NCBI GenBank assembly: GCA_049699855.1 | Contig: JBNAWM010000001.1 | Coordinates: 62,885-126,884, forward strand | DNA length: 64,000 nucleotides | From: Candidatus Cryosericum sp. | GTDB taxonomy: Bacteria > Caldisericota > Caldisericia > Cryosericales > Cryosericaceae | Reading direction: 5' to 3' | Shown: positions 51,101-60,123 of the stretch, one piece after another | Layout: each line of letters starts with the position of its first letter | Position numbering within the stretch: the stretch's first letter is position 1 | The notes under the pieces: model-generated | The model's input: the letters and a program-made list of their open reading frames with translations, nothing else | Database searches by the model: none | What the model was told of the DNA's origin: nothing | Made by a program: the position numbers and the translations under genes

Positions 51101-52046
51101 TCAGGGAGCGCAGGGGACGTCCGTTGGCATTAATGACGGGGTATTGCCGCTTGCTGTTGTCCAGGAGAGCATCCACCGCATCCTGGAGCATGCGCTTCTC
51201 ATTCTGCAGAAGGATCTCTGGAGCGTTCTCCTCAATCATCTTGCCGAGTCGGTTGTTGCGGTTGATAACCCGGCGGTACAGCTCATTCAGGTCATCCGAG
51301 GCAAACCGTCCACCTTCAAGCTGAACGAGCGGCCGAAGGTCCGGCGGAATGACCGGAATGCGCGTCATGATCATGTCTGTGGGCTTCCGGCTGTTGTTGA
51401 TGAGTGCCGTGACCACATCCAGTTCCTTGACAGCTTTGGCACGATCCTGACGGGACTTGCCCTTGATCCGGAGCAGAAGCGCATCACGCATTTTGTATAG
51501 ATCAACATCCTTCAGGAGATCCAGAAATGCCTCTGCGCCCTTCTTGGCAACGAACTTCTCGCCCTTGATCTTGCGATCACGATATTCCTCATCCGTCAGC
51601 AACTGCTTTCGTACCAGACCCTCAGCATCGCCTGGATCCAGGACCAGCCAGCTGCCAAACGAGATGACCCTTTCCACTGCCTTGCTGGGCATTTCGAGAA
51701 GCAGAGCAATGTAATTGACAGCGTTCCGAAAATACCAGATGTGAGCGACCGGGGCATGCAGTTCGATATGCCCCATCCGTTCACGGCGGACACTTGAATC
51801 CGCTACTTCGACATGGCACTTGTCACACACTTGCCCCTCGAAGCTTTTTCCCTTGAGTTTGCCGCAACGGCATTGATAGCTCTTGGTCGGACCGAAGATG
51901 ATCTCACAGAACAATCCATGAGGCTTTGGTTTGCCACTGCGGTAGTCGAGCGTTTCAGCTTCGGTAACTTCTCCATGTGACCAGCTCCGTATTTCCTCTG
52001 GCGATGCCAGATGGAGGGCTAGAGCTTCTATCTTATTGTTTCTCAA
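48141..52046 (-). CDS. rpoC: RNA polymerase beta' subunit
   Basis: RFRQNLLGKRVDYSGR, NADFDGDQM, SGYLTRRLVD, GEPGTQLT; TTG start after GGGAGG. Confidence 0.99.
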   Translation of the reverse strand: MRNNKIEALALHLASPEEIRSWSHGEVTEAETLDYRSGKPKPHGLFCEIIFGPTKSYQCRCGKLKGKSFEGQVCDKCHVEVADSSVRRERMGHIELHAPVAHIWYFRNAVNYIALLLEMPSKAVERVISFGSWLVLDPGDAEGLVRKQLLTDEEYRDRKIKGEKFVAKKGAEAFLDLLKDVDLYKMRDALLLRIKGKSRQDRAKAVKELDVVTALINNSRKPTDMIMTRIPVIPPDLRPLVQLEGGRFASDDLNELYRRVINRNNRLGKMIEENAPEILLQNEKRMLQDAVDALLDNSKRQYPVINANGRPLRSLSDKLKGKEGRFRQNLLGKRVDYSGRAVIVSGPQLKISQCGVPKEMALELFKPHVIYRLMREGVVGSMKVAKDIVEKPTPEVWNILEKVVKGNVVLLNRAPTLHRLSIQAFEPVLIDEKAIQISPLVCTPFNADFDGDQMAIHLPLSLAAQTEARLLMLSSYNIFSPASGNPMAGPVQDMVLGSYYLTYEVKDKMKAMKWNSAPVYSERDVLYLFESGKLRVHDPVLVRIGTAKIRTTAGRVVFNDELRSGIFEGEAKYADFPFVNKTMPKKEIEAMILDFSRQFGVSKASVLLDNIKALGFKYATESGMSIGLSDMEVPPERKHILDDADRTVREINNFYDEGLLSYTDRYLKVVKVWQEKGEEIEKAVFRNLTEENSVRIMADSGARGSKKQIVQMTGIRGLMSDPSGKIIEFPIKSNLREGLSVLEYFLSTHGTRKGQADTALKTSDSGYLTRRLVDVAHELVVREQDCTHSVAREIKIGNLVVSPLSDELAGKIADEKVVNPLTGETIIEPGEEISWEQAKRLESLGLKSLKIQRYVGGLMVQPVVDGGAVIVGLKEQIAGRYAADDIVLRASTIPVNPGWSRTTLERIMERPLAEDIVSSDGARTVGKKGEPLTDKVLAAAKRGGIASVQVAVDEDIVLVPKDGLIRDEIAVAIEQFGITSVRLRSPITCQSENGVCAMCYGRDLSTGGDVQVGEAVGVIAAQSIGEPGTQLTLRTFHTGGIAVVDITTGLPRVEEIFEGRTPKGQALVSPIDGVFRLAELKEKGQEDRKQIIIADGAGIEVKFKVSANARFRVKDGDHVMVGEQLTEGSIDPKNLLELVGVEETARYLVQEVQKVYRSQGVDINVKHVEMIIRQMLKKVKVIDPGDTTFFTDQIVSKHELLHQNRKVRAQGGKPASFDLVLQGITKSSLETDSFLSAASFQETPRVLADAAIKGKIDRLTGLKEAVIVGKSIPAGTSSPELIFANRDAQLEAEPPKRLGMR

Positions 52047-52061
52047 TCTTCCTCCCTTGGG

Positions 52062-54149
52062 CTACTCTTCTTCCTCAGCGACCATCGTAGCCTTGGCGTC
52101 GGCAATGATCTTCTCGGCGATTCGCTCTGGTACTTCCTCATAATGATTGACCTTCATGGAATATGAACCGGTTCCCTGGGTGATTGAGCCCAGATCGATC
52201 CCATAATTGAGCATCTCTGCCAGTGGAACGGAAGCTTTGATAATCTGCTTCCCATTGACGTTTTCCATGCCTGAAATCTTGCCGCGCTTGCTGGTCAGAT
52301 CTCCCATGACGTCGCCCATATACTTCTCATCAACAACGACCTCGAGGGCAACGATGGGCTCGAGAAGAACGGGGTTGCACTGCTCAAACCCTTTCTTGAA
52401 AGCAAGCGATCCTGCAAGTTTGAAAGCCATCTCGGATGAATCGACTGGATGATACGATCCGTCCACAACAGCAACCTTGATGTCCACGGCTGGATAACCA
52501 GCCAGCTGGCCCTTGGCCATCGTTTCGAGCATTCCCTTCTCAATAGCGGGGATGAACTGCTTCGGAATGGCTCCACCAAACACCTTGTTCTCAAAGACCC
52601 AGCCGCCGCCACGTTCATTCGGCTCCATCTCGATCCAGCAATGTCCAAACTGACCATGGCCTCCGGTCTGCTTCTTGTGTTTTCCTTCAACGCGTGCCTT
52701 TCCCTTAATTGTTTCACGGTAAGGTACCCGCGGCGTTTCAAGGTCAATGCCTACACCAAATTTCTTCTGAAGGCGCTCGACAATGACCTGGAGGTGCGCT
52801 TCTCCGAGGCCGCTCATGATGGTCTCATGAGTCTCTGCATTTTTCTCAATGATAACAGCCGGTTCTTCCTCTTTCAGACGATTGAGTGTCGAACTCAGCT
52901 TGTCATCGTCAGCCCTTGTTCTCGGCTTCAGAGAGCGCATGAGAAGTGGCTGAGGGAAAACGATGGGTGCAAGTTCAATGGGGTCCTCGCGACAGGTAAT
53001 CGTATCATTCGTTGCGCTCACGACCAGCTTGGAGATAACCACAATGTCACCAGCGATACCCTCTTCCGCCGGTTCCTGCTTCTTACCTACCATATGGAAG
53101 AGCCCTCCAATCTTCTCAGAGGCATCCTTCGTCCCATTGTAGATCTCATGTGAGATCTTGCCGCTGTAGATGCGAACAAATGACAATTTGCCAACGAACG
53201 GATCGGACGTCGTCTTGAAGATAAAAGCAGACGGACGGGCAGAGGGATCTGCCCGAATCTCCACTGCATCGCCAGTGCTCCTCCGTTTCGCCTGAACGGC
53301 TACTTCGGCAGGAGACGGTGCGTAGGAGGCAAGGAAATCCATAACGTAGTCGCAACCGACTCCCTTCAGGGCCGAGATGCCAAGAACAGGGAATACCTGG
53401 CGACTCTTGAAGGCTTTCACAAACACCATCGTAAGCTCGTCCTGACTCAGAGCCTCGCCACCAAGGTATTTCTCCATCACTGCATCGTCCGACTCCGCAA
53501 CAGCCTCTGTCAGAGCCAGGCGCGCCGCCTCATATTCCGAACGGATGCTCTCGGGAATGGCATCGGAAATGACCGCCTCGTCCTTGCCTGCTGGGTACGA
53601 ATAGAGCTTGCCAGTCAAGACGTTTACGAATGAGGAGAAGCCCGGGCCAGAAGCAATCGGGATTGTCAGGGCAGCGACCTTGAGGCCAAAAGCTGCCTGC
53701 AACTCCTCGACTCGCTGAACGAAATTCACGTTTTCCAAGTCAACCTTGTTCACCAACAGGGCGACGGGAATCCCCTGAGCCTCGCAAAGATTCCAGAACC
53801 GGGGAGTCTGAACTTCGACACCGGCCCCCGCGTTGATGGTAAGCAAAGCCGTGTCGGCAACCCGGATACCCTCCTGAACCTCTGTCATGAAATCAGCATA
53901 TCCAGGAGTGTCCAGCAGATTCAGCCGGGTCCCCTTGTAGTCAAACTCACACAGACCAATGCTGGTACTGATGTGGCGTTTCACTTCCTCGTCCAAGTAG
54001 TCTGAGACTGTTGTTCCGTCCTCGACACGGCCAACTCGCTGGCTTGCCCCTGCACGAAACAGCAGGCGCTCTGTGATCATGGTTTTGCCGGAGCTTCCTT
54101 GTCCAACAAGCGCAAAGTTTCTGATGTCACTCGGGCTGAATCTGCTCAC
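52062..54149 (-). CDS. fusA2: Elongation factor G paralog (EF-G2/EF-G-II type)
   Basis: Full five-domain EF-G length (695 aa) with G1 GQGSSGKT, G3 DTPGY, G4 [23 protein letters not shown]; GTG start after GGGGAGG. Confidence 0.93.
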   Translation of the reverse strand: MSRFSPSDIRNFALVGQGSSGKTMITERLLFRAGASQRVGRVEDGTTVSDYLDEEVKRHISTSIGLCEFDYKGTRLNLLDTPGYADFMTEVQEGIRVADTALLTINAGAGVEVQTPRFWNLCEAQGIPVALLVNKVDLENVNFVQRVEELQAAFGLKVAALTIPIASGPGFSSFVNVLTGKLYSYPAGKDEAVISDAIPESIRSEYEAARLALTEAVAESDDAVMEKYLGGEALSQDELTMVFVKAFKSRQVFPVLGISALKGVGCDYVMDFLASYAPSPAEVAVQAKRRSTGDAVEIRADPSARPSAFIFKTTSDPFVGKLSFVRIYSGKISHEIYNGTKDASEKIGGLFHMVGKKQEPAEEGIAGDIVVISKLVVSATNDTITCREDPIELAPIVFPQPLLMRSLKPRTRADDDKLSSTLNRLKEEEPAVIIEKNAETHETIMSGLGEAHLQVIVERLQKKFGVGIDLETPRVPYRETIKGKARVEGKHKKQTGGHGQFGHCWIEMEPNERGGGWVFENKVFGGAIPKQFIPAIEKGMLETMAKGQLAGYPAVDIKVAVVDGSYHPVDSSEMAFKLAGSLAFKKGFEQCNPVLLEPIVALEVVVDEKYMGDVMGDLTSKRGKISGMENVNGKQIIKASVPLAEMLNYGIDLGSITQGTGSYSMKVNHYEEVPERIAEKIIADAKATMVAEEEE

Positions 54150-54171
54150 CTGTTCCTCCCCTTAGAGAATG

Positions 54172-57100
54172 CTATTCGTTGTCTTCAAGCAGTAGCTTTG
54201 TACTCTTTGCATAAACTTCTCCGGCTTTCGGCAGGCTCTCGAGATCGAGTCCCAGCCCTCGAAGCTCCTTCACAAGAACATTGAAGGATTCAGGGAAGCC
54301 AGTTTCGAACAGGTTGTTTCCCTTTGTCAAGCGCTCATACGCAACGCGCCTTCCCTCAAGGTCATCTGACTTGATTGTCAGCATCTCCTGCAAGACAGTG
54401 GAAGCACCATAGGCTTCGAGAGCCCAGACCTCCATCTCTCCAAAACGCTGACCACCAAACTGAGCTTTACCGCCGATTGGCTGCTGAGTGATAAGCGTGT
54501 AGCGGCCAGTCGAACGAGCATGCATCTTGTCCTCGGCCAAGTGGATGAGCTTCAGGATATACGCTTCTCCAACAGTGACCTTGCTGTCAAACTCATTGCC
54601 ATAGACTCCGTCACGAACAATCTCTTTGCCGCTTTCGCTCAGGCCCGCCTTGACGAGAAGGGCTTTGATTTCCTCCTCGGTGGCTCCGTTGAACACAGGA
54701 GTGAGAGCTCGCACGTTCAACTTCCGGGCTGCGATACCCAGGCTGGCTTCGAGCAGCTGGCCAATATTCATACGAGACGGCACGCCCAGTGGACTCAGGA
54801 TGACATCCACCGGAGTTCCATCTTCAAGGAACGGCATATCCTCCTCTGGCAGGATACGGGTAATGACGCCCTTGTTTCCATGGCGGCCTGCAACCTTATC
54901 TCCAACGATGATTTTGCGTTTTTTGGCAACGTACACCTTGATGATGCGTTCAACGCCAACAGGGAGCGTATCGCTCGTGCTGTCTTTCGTGATCTCCTGC
55001 ACGTCGATGACAACTCCATCCTCTCCTGGTGGCACTTTATACGATGTATTCTTGTAGTCGCGGGCTTTGTCATGGAACAACGCAAAGTAGACTCGTACCT
55101 CTGGCGATTCCTCCTGCTCAGCCCTTGGAGTGATTTTTCCAACCAGGACATCCTCGGCCTTGACATGTGCCCCAATCTGAACAACGCCTCGATCGTCCAG
55201 GTGTCGTGCCAGCTCCTTGGAGACATTGGGGGGATCCCTCGTGATCTCCTCCTTGCCGAACTCGGTGGACCTGACCTCGATCTTGTGTTCCTTGATATGA
55301 ATGGACGAGAGACTGTCGTCACGCACAAGGCGCTCACTGACGATGACTCCGTCCTGATAGTTGTATCCGCGCCACGGAACGTACGCCACGAGGAGGTTCT
55401 TTCCCAAGGCAAGCTCTCCGTCCACGGAGGCATATCCATTGGCAAGCAGATCGCCTGCGTGTACCTCGTCCCCAATCGAAACAGCCGGGTGCTGGTTGAT
55501 ACATGTATCCTGATTGGTTCTCTTGAATTTCTGAAGTTCGAAGACACGAGCCTGAGGCACAGACACGTGCGTCACCCCGTTCTTTGCCATGAGAATCAGG
55601 TCTGCACGCGTCAACTTCCTTCCCACCGTCAGTTTCTTCGCCTTGGGTTTCCGAAGTTGAACATCCTCTGCCAGCGTCTGTCCCACCAGCGAACCATTGA
55701 CACGGAACAACTCATAGGCTGCAGTCTTCGCAGGGTCATACGTGAGAATGCTCGCATTCTTGTCTTGCATCAGCAGGTCACGGAGGCTCTCCTCCGAAAC
55801 AATACGACCCGCACTGGAACTCAGATCCTGAGTCGAGCTCACGCGCAGGATCCTGTGGCCGAGTACCTGCTGTCCAATTGGCGTCATAGACAGAATCTGA
55901 AGATCAGCCTCGACGACTTCGTCGCCTCTCTGGATCGGAAGAGATCGGATCTTCGCATTGTTGATCAGGCGGCCAAGCAATGTTTCAGTGATCTTCGTAC
56001 CGGCTTTGTGTACCTTGCTCTTGCCTTCCTGGACATCCTGTGCCAGAGACTGTCCGATCAGGTCCTCGTTCGTCTGAACATCGAACAGGTCCGTAAGCGA
56101 GTTCTGTACAATAGAACCAGCGGGAACGTATTGAAAAGACTCGACGCCCTCGTCGGCCAGAGCTTCAATCTGCTCATGTGAAATCTCGGATCCAATCAAT
56201 GCAAGGACTTCTTCCGGGACACCCTCGGGAGCAAACGAAATCGGAACCATTCGCGCTTCGCCAATGATGCCAGGTTCCTCCGCCTCGGCAGCAAGCATGA
56301 CGGGAATCACGTCGACAGCGACCGAGCCAGATTGAAGATCTTCGGCAGTCACCAAGGGCGATACTCTTATCTGTTCGGCATCAACGTAGGAGACAACTCC
56401 GTCAACATCACTCAGGACCAGGTCTCCGTTATCACGAACCACCCGTCCTTCCATGGTAGTTGAAACACGGGTCTGGTCTGGCCGCACAAGAGGCACTGCC
56501 TGTCGCTGCATGTTACAGCCCATGAGTGCGCGGTTTGCATCATCATGCTCGAGAAACGGAATCAGTGAGGCTGAGATTCCAAATATCTGCGAGGGCAGCA
56601 GATCGATGTAATCGACCTTGTTCGCGGGAACCTCTTTTGGAAGGATCTCTCCCCCCTCACTACGCTGTCTCGCAATGACGGTCTTCGAGGTGAGTCTGCC
56701 CTCATCATCGACGGCAGTGTTCGCCTGGGCAATCGAATAGTGTTCTTCCTCTTCTGCATCCATATAGACAACATCGCGCTCATCCTTGCGCCCATTGGAG
56801 ACCTTGGCATAGGGAGCGGTAATGAAACCATATTGATCAAGCGTTGCATACGAGCTGAGGCTGTTGATCAAACCTATGTTTCCACCCTCAGGCGTCTCGA
56901 TGGGACAAATGCGGCTGTAGTGTGAGGAGTGGATGTCGCGTACCTCTACCCCAGCACGCTTCCTGTTCAATCCACCTGGTCCAAGAGAACTGAGACGCCT
57001 CTTGTGCGCCAGACTCGAAAGAGGGTTGATTTGTTCCATGAATTGCGACAATTGGCTCTGCCCGAAGAAATTCCTGATCGACGAAATGATCGGTTTGGTG

Positions 57101-58359
57101 TTCAGGACATTCTGAAGATTCATCATCTGCTCCGAAGAGTAGATCGTGACCTTGTCACGCGTTGCTTTGGCTACCTTCAGCATGCTGTCCTGGATTTCCT
57201 CAGCCAGCAGTTCACCGACGCATCTGATACGGCGGTTCGCCAGACTGTCGATATCATCGAAACTGGCCTTGCGCTCGCGTATGTCGATCAAATGCCGGAT
57301 GATCGCTATGTAATCATCGGTGGTGAGGACTGACGATGACGTCCCTGTCCCGAACCGCTTGTTGATTTTGTAGCGCCCGATGGGCGTGTAGGTATTGTAC
57401 GCTTCATCGGTGAGCAGCGTCGAGAGGAGATTCTGGGCCGCCTCAATGGTGAGGCGCTCCTTCGGCTGCATCTCCTTGAAGATCTGCTTGATGGCATCTT
57501 CCTGGTTCGTCGTTTTGTCAACACTGAGCGTCTTGAGGATCCAGCGGTCTGGCTGACTGCTGCTGACCAGGAACAGGCTGATACCGTGGTTTTCAAGAAG
57601 GCTGAGGGCTTTGCCGTTCAGGACTGCTCCCTCCTTGATGATCTCCTTCCCTCTTGAATCGAGAAGCGGTTCAGCAGCTCGGTATTCAGTCTGTTCAATA
57701 GCCGACCGAAGCTGCTCGACCGGCATGCGCTCGGTTTTTTCGACGGTGAACAGGCGCTTGATCTCTTCGTTCGATTCAATGCCCAGTGCCTTCAGAACAA
57801 GGGTCACGGGGATCTTGTGAGCTTTCTTCCGCAAGCGGGTGTAGATCACGTCATCCTTGCCAGCCTCAATTTCCATCCAGTTGCCTCTGTCTGGAATGAG
57901 AGTGACCATGAACACCTGAGCGCCTGAAAGTTTGTCCTTGCCACCTTCAAAATAAACGCCGGGGGAACGGACAAGCTGTGAGACAATCACACGCTCCGCC
58001 CCATTGATGAGAAAGGTTCCATACGCAGTCATGAGAGGAATCTGGGTGACGATCAACGGCTGCTCGCGAATCTCACCGGTTTCCTTGTTGATCAGCCTGA
58101 AGTTGGCGCGAATCATGGCCTCGTAGCTCAGTCCGGCCTTGCGGCAACTCTCCATTGATCTCCCAGGTCGTTCCGTGTCGTGGCTCACATACTCGATCCG
58201 CAGCTTTGCGGTGTCGATGGGAAAAACTCTCGTAAAGATCTGAGCAAGACCTGGTCCCAGAAGCCAATCATAAGATGTCTTCTGGAGCTGGAGGAGGTCG
58301 GGCATCGCGTAACTTGATTTGATTTTGGTAAAGTCTATAATGTTCGCTGCCACGCGCAT
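54172..58359 (-). CDS. rpoB: RNA polymerase beta subunit with large lineage-specific insertion
   Basis: INGAERVIVSQL, CPIETPEGGNIG, GDKVAGRHGNKG, GGQRFGEMEVWAL. Confidence 0.99.
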   Translation of the reverse strand: MRVAANIIDFTKIKSSYAMPDLLQLQKTSYDWLLGPGLAQIFTRVFPIDTAKLRIEYVSHDTERPGRSMESCRKAGLSYEAMIRANFRLINKETGEIREQPLIVTQIPLMTAYGTFLINGAERVIVSQLVRSPGVYFEGGKDKLSGAQVFMVTLIPDRGNWMEIEAGKDDVIYTRLRKKAHKIPVTLVLKALGIESNEEIKRLFTVEKTERMPVEQLRSAIEQTEYRAAEPLLDSRGKEIIKEGAVLNGKALSLLENHGISLFLVSSSQPDRWILKTLSVDKTTNQEDAIKQIFKEMQPKERLTIEAAQNLLSTLLTDEAYNTYTPIGRYKINKRFGTGTSSSVLTTDDYIAIIRHLIDIRERKASFDDIDSLANRRIRCVGELLAEEIQDSMLKVAKATRDKVTIYSSEQMMNLQNVLNTKPIISSIRNFFGQSQLSQFMEQINPLSSLAHKRRLSSLGPGGLNRKRAGVEVRDIHSSHYSRICPIETPEGGNIGLINSLSSYATLDQYGFITAPYAKVSNGRKDERDVVYMDAEEEEHYSIAQANTAVDDEGRLTSKTVIARQRSEGGEILPKEVPANKVDYIDLLPSQIFGISASLIPFLEHDDANRALMGCNMQRQAVPLVRPDQTRVSTTMEGRVVRDNGDLVLSDVDGVVSYVDAEQIRVSPLVTAEDLQSGSVAVDVIPVMLAAEAEEPGIIGEARMVPISFAPEGVPEEVLALIGSEISHEQIEALADEGVESFQYVPAGSIVQNSLTDLFDVQTNEDLIGQSLAQDVQEGKSKVHKAGTKITETLLGRLINNAKIRSLPIQRGDEVVEADLQILSMTPIGQQVLGHRILRVSSTQDLSSSAGRIVSEESLRDLLMQDKNASILTYDPAKTAAYELFRVNGSLVGQTLAEDVQLRKPKAKKLTVGRKLTRADLILMAKNGVTHVSVPQARVFELQKFKRTNQDTCINQHPAVSIGDEVHAGDLLANGYASVDGELALGKNLLVAYVPWRGYNYQDGVIVSERLVRDDSLSSIHIKEHKIEVRSTEFGKEEITRDPPNVSKELARHLDDRGVVQIGAHVKAEDVLVGKITPRAEQEESPEVRVYFALFHDKARDYKNTSYKVPPGEDGVVIDVQEITKDSTSDTLPVGVERIIKVYVAKKRKIIVGDKVAGRHGNKGVITRILPEEDMPFLEDGTPVDVILSPLGVPSRMNIGQLLEASLGIAARKLNVRALTPVFNGATEEEIKALLVKAGLSESGKEIVRDGVYGNEFDSKVTVGEAYILKLIHLAEDKMHARSTGRYTLITQQPIGGKAQFGGQRFGEMEVWALEAYGASTVLQEMLTIKSDDLEGRRVAYERLTKGNNLFETGFPESFNVLVKELRGLGLDLESLPKAGEVYAKSTKLLLEDNE

Positions 58360-58382
58360 GGCTCTCCTTTCATATCGGTATG

Positions 58383-58425
58383 AAAAAAAGCGGTCAAATC
58401 AAAAGTCTACTCTCTTTTGATTGAC
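58383..58425 (-). terminator. Probable intrinsic terminator of the ntp-NUDIX-acyltransferase-GT2 transcript
   Basis: GTCAATCAAAAG-8nt-CTTTTGATTTGAC (12 bp, one bulge) then CGC and T7. Confidence 0.6.
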
Positions 58426-58431
58426 AGTCAA
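58404..58431 (-). promoter_or_regulatory. sigma70-type promoter of rpoB
   Basis: TTGACT-N16-TAGACT, overlapping the terminator hairpin. Confidence 0.62.
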
Positions 58432-58593
58432 CACTGTCTTCCTCACCATTGCATGAGGATTTGACACGAGGAAACACGACCGGAAAGGCGTTCGTCTTCA
58501 CAGTCGACATAGAGCAGCCCCATGCAACTGCAGCAATTGTGGATTCAACCCAGCCTTCTGTTGAAGGTTCCACTCCTTCTGTCTTGCGCCAGT

Positions 58594-59262
58594 CTACTGT
58601 CTGAAGATGCCATAACGCACGACAATTCCAAGAAATCGCAACGTGTCTGTGAGCGAGTTTACTTTGCTCTTCGCCTCCTTTCGATAGATGGTCCTGGTAG
58701 GCACCCAGCCTATTTTGTATCCCGCCCTGCCTGCCTTGAAGATAACCTCGGTTTCCAGATCATACTTGTCCGCTTTCAGCGACAGCGAACAAACCGCCGC
58801 CAAGCGATAATAGCGAAAGCCATTCTGACTGTCTCGAACATTCTGTCCCAGGAACATGCTTACCAGCACCGATGAGGCGTGATTGGCAAACCTCCTGATG
58901 AAAGGCATGGTTGAAATGTTCGACATCCTGTTCCCTATGACGATGTCATATCCCTCGGCCGCTGCCGCAATGAAAAGTGGAATCTCAGAAGCATCATGCT
59001 GGCCGTCAGCGTCAATGGTAATCGCGCCGTCGTACCCCTGTGCGAGCAGATAGGCGAACCCTGTCTTTAGAGCCGCTCCTTTTCCTCTGTTAGAGTCGTG
59101 CCGCAGAACCAGAGCACCTGCGTGAGCTGCAACGTCCACCGTGTCGTCAACAGACCCATCATCGACAACAACCACTGCTGTCACGAAAGGGCGCACTCTC
59201 TCGACGACAACCGCAATATTCACTGCCTCGTTGAACGCCGGGATCAGCGCTGCGATTCTCAT
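58594..59262 (-). CDS. Family 2 glycosyltransferase (DPM1/polyprenol-phosphate glycosyltransferase-like)
   Basis: IPAFNE, VVDDGSVD, NRGKGAAL, TIDADGQH, DSQNGFR, DLETE. Confidence 0.93.
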   Translation of the reverse strand: MRIAALIPAFNEAVNIAVVVERVRPFVTAVVVVDDGSVDDTVDVAAHAGALVLRHDSNRGKGAALKTGFAYLLAQGYDGAITIDADGQHDASEIPLFIAAAAEGYDIVIGNRMSNISTMPFIRRFANHASSVLVSMFLGQNVRDSQNGFRYYRLAAVCSLSLKADKYDLETEVIFKAGRAGYKIGWVPTRTIYRKEAKSKVNSLTDTLRFLGIVVRYGIFRQ

Positions 59263-60119
59263 GCGGCACTCCCCCAGAAATCAAAGAAATTGAGAAATTG
59301 TGTTGGATCTCGGGTTACCACCGATTCATACTGCTGCGCAAAGTCCTGGACGAAAGCAGTTATCCACTCTCTCTCGTTTGTGGCTTTTGGGCAAATACAG
59401 TGCCCGAACTCCAGAAGAAAACGTCCATCAGGCTGCCGTATGAGAAAGCCAGGGATGCCCACGAGTTGCCTGCGAAAAGCCAGAAGCGCCGCTCCACGCG
59501 GAAATCGGGCAATCCTCCCAAAGAATGCGACCGGCTCTCCCCCTGGCGAATACTCGCGGTCTGAGACGATGGCAGGGACCTCACCCTCGGGGAGCGACCG
59601 CAGCAGGTCGCGGAGACCGAGCCGAACATCATGGGTTGTCATGCCGAAACGAACCCGCAAAGCATCATAGAAATGCTGTACCACCCGGCTGTTCTGCGTG
59701 AGAGCAATGGCATGCGTCCGGTAGCCCCCCAGTCCGAGCACAGCCCCCGCCAGCTCCCAATGCCCGTAGTGTCCAGTCACGATGCAGAACGGTTTGCCCC
59801 CGGATCGTTCTTCCAGCATTTTGCGCATGTCGCCGAAGTTCGCAACCAATGACGCGATATCAGCGTCTGTTGCCGTGGGAATGCTGAAAAAATCGACAAG
59901 GTTCAGGCCAGCCTGCTGAAACGTACGCCACGAAAGCAGCAAGGACTCGAACCACTTCGCTTCCGGGCGCATGATCCTCACATTGGCCATGACTCCACGC
60001 CGCTGGTTGGCATTGAAGACAAAATACCCACATGCGATAAGCCTGGCGAGGGTTCTCTTCACCCATGACGGCAGGATACCGGCAACGCGAAAAGCAACAC
60101 CATACCAGAATGCCATCAT
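59259..60119 (-). CDS. LpxL/HtrB/PatA-family lysophospholipid acyltransferase
   Basis: TGHYGHWE motif, VSDRE, VAFFGRIARFPRGAALLA, C-terminal PTQFLNF (family ..P.QW..F pattern). Confidence 0.85.
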   Translation of the reverse strand: MMAFWYGVAFRVAGILPSWVKRTLARLIACGYFVFNANQRRGVMANVRIMRPEAKWFESLLLSWRTFQQAGLNLVDFFSIPTATDADIASLVANFGDMRKMLEERSGGKPFCIVTGHYGHWELAGAVLGLGGYRTHAIALTQNSRVVQHFYDALRVRFGMTTHDVRLGLRDLLRSLPEGEVPAIVSDREYSPGGEPVAFFGRIARFPRGAALLAFRRQLVGIPGFLIRQPDGRFLLEFGHCICPKATNEREWITAFVQDFAQQYESVVTRDPTQFLNFFDFWGSAA

Positions 60120-60123
60120 CGGG

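Noticed and set aside
58522-58875. 117-aa + strand ORF spanning the GT2 3' end
   Set aside because: Mostly antisense to the glycosyltransferase, no RBS, no recognizable domain.
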